Assembly (NCBI GenBank): GCA_035708105.1
Contig: DASSTG010000007.1
Coordinates: 31,838 to 95,837, forward strand
Direction: 5' to 3'
Source of the DNA: Solirubrobacterales bacterium
GTDB lineage: Bacteria; Actinomycetota; Thermoleophilia; Solirubrobacterales; 70-9
DNA: 64,000 bases
Position 1 is the stretch's first letter; each line of letters opens with the position of its first letter. This document shows, piece after piece, positions 62,082-64,000 of this stretch. Made by a program: the position numbers and the translations under genes. Under the pieces are notes generated by a model. The model saw only the letters and a list, made by a program, of their open reading frames with translations. It was not told the DNA's origin and did not search any database.

Positions 62082-63373
62082 TAAGCGGGGACCTCCGCGG
62101 AAACGCGCTCGATCTGGGCGCCGAGGGCGGCCAACCGCTCCTCGATCCGCTCGTAGCCGCGGTCGATCTGGCGGATCTCGCCGATCTCCGAGGTCCCCTC
62201 GGCCGCCAGGGCGGCGATGAGCATCGCCATCCCGGCGCGGATGTCGGGGCTGGAGACGCGCTCGCCGTGAAGCCGGCTCGGACCGCTGACGATCGCCCTG
62301 TGGGGGTCGCACAGCGTGATCCGAGCGCCCATCGCAACCAGCTTGTCGACGAAGAACAACCGGTTCTCGAACATCTTCTCGAAGATCAGGACCTCGCCGC
62401 TCGCCTGCGTGGCGAGCGCCAGCGCAATCGAGGTGAGGTCGGCCGGGAAGGCCGGCCACGGACCGTCCTCGATCTTCGGGATCGCGTCGCCCACGTCCGA
62501 TTCGACCTCGAGGCTCTGGCCGGCCGGAACCCGCACGTCTTCGCCCTCGATCTCCGACCGCAGGCCGAGCCGCTTGAACTGGCGGCGGACGTTGGTCAGG
62601 TCCTTGGGGTTGACGTCGCGGATCAGCACTTCGCCGCCGGTGGCGGCGGCGAGCGCCATGAAGCTGCCCACCTCGATGTGGTCGCAGGAGATCGAGTACT
62701 CGGCGCCGCCGAGGCTCTCGGCGCCGTTGACCGTCATCACGTTGGAGCCGATCCCGTCGACGCGGGCGCCCATCGCGCTCAGCAGGTGTGCGAGGTCCTG
62801 CACGTGGGGCTCGGAGGCGGCGTTGGAGATCTGGGTCGCGCCGGGGGTGAGGGCGGCGGCCATCAGCGCGTTCTCGGTCCCCATCACAGAGGGCTCGTCC
62901 ATGAAGATCTCGCAGGCGCAGAGACCTTCGGGAGCGCTGAGCTCGATCCAGCGGCTGCCGTCAATCCTGGCGCCGAGATCCTTGAAGGCGTCGAGGTGGG
63001 CGTCGAGGCGCCGCCGGCCGATGAAGTCGCCGCCCGGCGGCGGCATCTTCGCCTCGCCGAAGCGCGCCAGCAGCGGCCCGGCGAGCAGGAAGGAGGCCCG
63101 GATCTTGCCCGAGAGCTCCTCGTCGACGTCGCCGACCACGTTTCGCGCGCAGAGCCTGACGCTGTTGTCGGCGACCCACTCCACCTCGACGCCGAGCTGC
63201 TCGAGTAGGGCGATCTGGGCTTCGGTGTCGCGGATCCGGGGCACCCGGTGCAGCAGCACCTCTTCCTCGGTCAGCAGGCAGGCGGCGAGGATCGGCAGCG
63301 CCGCATTCTTGTTGCCGGCGACGGCGACCTCCCCCGAGAGGGGGACCCCGCCCTGGATCACGAACTTCTCCAT
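62081..63373 (-). CDS. murA: UDP-N-acetylglucosamine 1-carboxyvinyltransferase
   Basis: 430 aa. GNKNAALP. Where E. coli-type MurA has the active-site Cys, this protein reads PPPGGDFIGRRRLD (Asp). C-terminal DIRAGMAMLIAALAAEG.S.I..I..IDRGYE. Confidence 0.97.
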   Translation of the reverse strand: MEKFVIQGGVPLSGEVAVAGNKNAALPILAACLLTEEEVLLHRVPRIRDTEAQIALLEQLGVEVEWVADNSVRLCARNVVGDVDEELSGKIRASFLLAGPLLARFGEAKMPPPGGDFIGRRRLDAHLDAFKDLGARIDGSRWIELSAPEGLCACEIFMDEPSVMGTENALMAAALTPGATQISNAASEPHVQDLAHLLSAMGARVDGIGSNVMTVNGAESLGGAEYSISCDHIEVGSFMALAAATGGEVLIRDVNPKDLTNVRRQFKRLGLRSEIEGEDVRVPAGQSLEVESDVGDAIPKIEDGPWPAFPADLTSIALALATQASGEVLIFEKMFENRLFFVDKLVAMGARITLCDPHRAIVSGPSRLHGERVSSPDIRAGMAMLIAALAAEGTSEIGEIRQIDRGYERIEERLAALGAQIERVSAEVPA

Positions 63374-63418
63374 CAGCTTGCCCGCTCAGACTTCACCGGG
63401 CTAGGGTAACGACCGGCC

Positions 63419-64000
63419 ATGAGGAGGCGGTGGACGATCGCGCTGGGCGTCGTATTGGTGCTCCTCGTCCTGCTCGTGATCAACGCCCTCCTGGTTGACG
63501 GCGAAACCGGGAGCGCTCACGTGACCGTGCCCGGCGGCCGCATCCTCGATCTACCCGACGGCGAACTGCAGGTGCTCGAACGCGGCCCCCGCAACGGCTC
63601 TCCGATCGTCCTCATCCACTGCTTCAGCTGCGCGATCGACTGGTGGGATGGGATGCTGCCGATGCTGGAACGCAGACACCGGGTGATCGCCGTCGATCTG
63701 CTCGGCCATGGCGGCTCGGAAAAGCCGGGCTCCGGTTACACGCCGCCGAACCAGGCGCTGGTCGTGTCCGAGGCCCTGGAACGGCTGCAGGTGGAAGCCG
63801 CCGAGGTGGTCGGCCACTCCCTCGGCGGCAGCGTCGCCGTCGCGCTCGCCCAGGAAGACCCGCGACTCGTGGACCGCGTCGCCATCATCGACATGCCGCC
63901 CGACAACTCCTACGGCGATCTCGGCTTCATCGCCGGACTCGCTTTCCAACCGGTGCTGGGAGAGGCGCTATGGCGGATCAAGCCCGACTTCTCGATCCGG
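63419..64000 (+). CDS. Alpha/beta hydrolase, N-terminal part (3' end outside the window)
   Basis: ATG at 63419. TM/signal segment WTIALGVVLVLLVLLVINALL, HG-type oxyanion region IVLIHCFS and nucleophile elbow VVGHSLGGS. The frame is still open at the window edge. Confidence 0.75.
   Translation, partial: MRRRWTIALGVVLVLLVLLVINALLVDGETGSAHVTVPGGRILDLPDGELQVLERGPRNGSPIVLIHCFSCAIDWWDGMLPMLERRHRVIAVDLLGHGGSEKPGSGYTPPNQALVVSEALERLQVEAAEVVGHSLGGSVAVALAQEDPRLVDRVAIIDMPPDNSYGDLGFIAGLAFQPVLGEALWRIKPDFSIR

Noticed and set aside
62081-63373. The MurA active-site region reads ...PPPGGDFIGRRRLD..., with Asp where E. coli MurA has the fosfomycin-target Cys. Considered as an anomaly.
   Set aside because: A Cys-to-Asp MurA is the well-known natural state in mycobacteria and other intrinsically fosfomycin-resistant bacteria, so it is not novel. 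My by-eye alignment of the loop is also approximate.
1-64000. Searched by eye for CRISPR arrays, tRNA/rRNA/tmRNA genes, integrases, transposases, toxin-antitoxin pairs, restriction-modification or other defence genes.
   Set aside because: I saw no regularly spaced direct repeats. The only intergenic gaps over 150 bp (24796-25040, 26800-27153, 56901-57165) are accounted for above and contain no cloverleaf-like sequence. None of the proteins has recombinase, nuclease or defence signatures. A tRNAscan/Infernal run would be needed to exclude small RNAs formally.

Overview
Very GC-rich (about 70 percent by eye, not computed), gene-dense chromosomal core segment. The gene content fits an actinobacterial lineage of the Thermoleophilia/Rubrobacteria type. 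That is an inference from MurT/GatD, VKOR-DsbA, a GarA-like FHA protein plus FtsR-like MerR next to pgsA, WS/DGAT, HisZ with short HisG, leaderless-style promoters and Arg-rich Ig-like C-terminal domains. I call about 74 protein genes, one gene remnant, one riboswitch, one SOS box, one MarR-type operator, three hairpin terminators and a few repeats. I recognised no rRNA, tRNA, CRISPR array, transposase, integrase or phage gene. Gene blocks in order: thpR-recA; cupredoxin; miaB-miaA-dapF-dapL; MBL/epimerase; hflX-dut; marR/MFS/MBL; methyltransferase-dagK-murT-methyltransferase-gatD; PPIase; bcp-hydrolase-VKOR-DsbA; methyltransferase-SDR-thiolase; ccdA; dinB; riboswitch-rlpA; WS/DGAT; metalloprotease; nadE; thioesterase; anti-sigma-like membrane protein; SRPBCC plus AGPS-like flavoprotein; ispG-proS-pgsA followed by a small coiled-coil protein, FHA and MerR; two secreted cupredoxins; rpsB-tsf-pyrH-frr-uppS-cdsA-dxr-rseP; pgeF-yggS-sepF-proC-yggT-lspA-rluD; cca; deacetylase; hisZGDBHA and hisF; murA. 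Many adjacent genes share ATGA/GTGA start-stop overlaps, and many first genes have a TANNNT hexamer 6-9 nt before the start codon with no Shine-Dalgarno sequence. Bottom line: I see no compact, clearly novel multi-gene system such as a defence island, biosynthetic cluster or secretion system. The best leads are: (1) a SAM methyltransferase translationally coupled between murT and gatD; (2) a pair of secreted blue-copper proteins splitting the conserved ispG / rseP-dxr neighbourhood; (3) a small RsiG-like coiled-coil protein with a near-canonical c-di-GMP motif in the pgsA-garA-ftsR locus; (4) a c-di-AMP riboswitch in front of an RlpA-like gene whose signal peptide starts upstream of any canonical start codon; (5) an unexplained 265-bp structured spacer with a 22-bp perfect inverted repeat inside the his operon. 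All functional calls come from reading motifs by eye. No database search was run.
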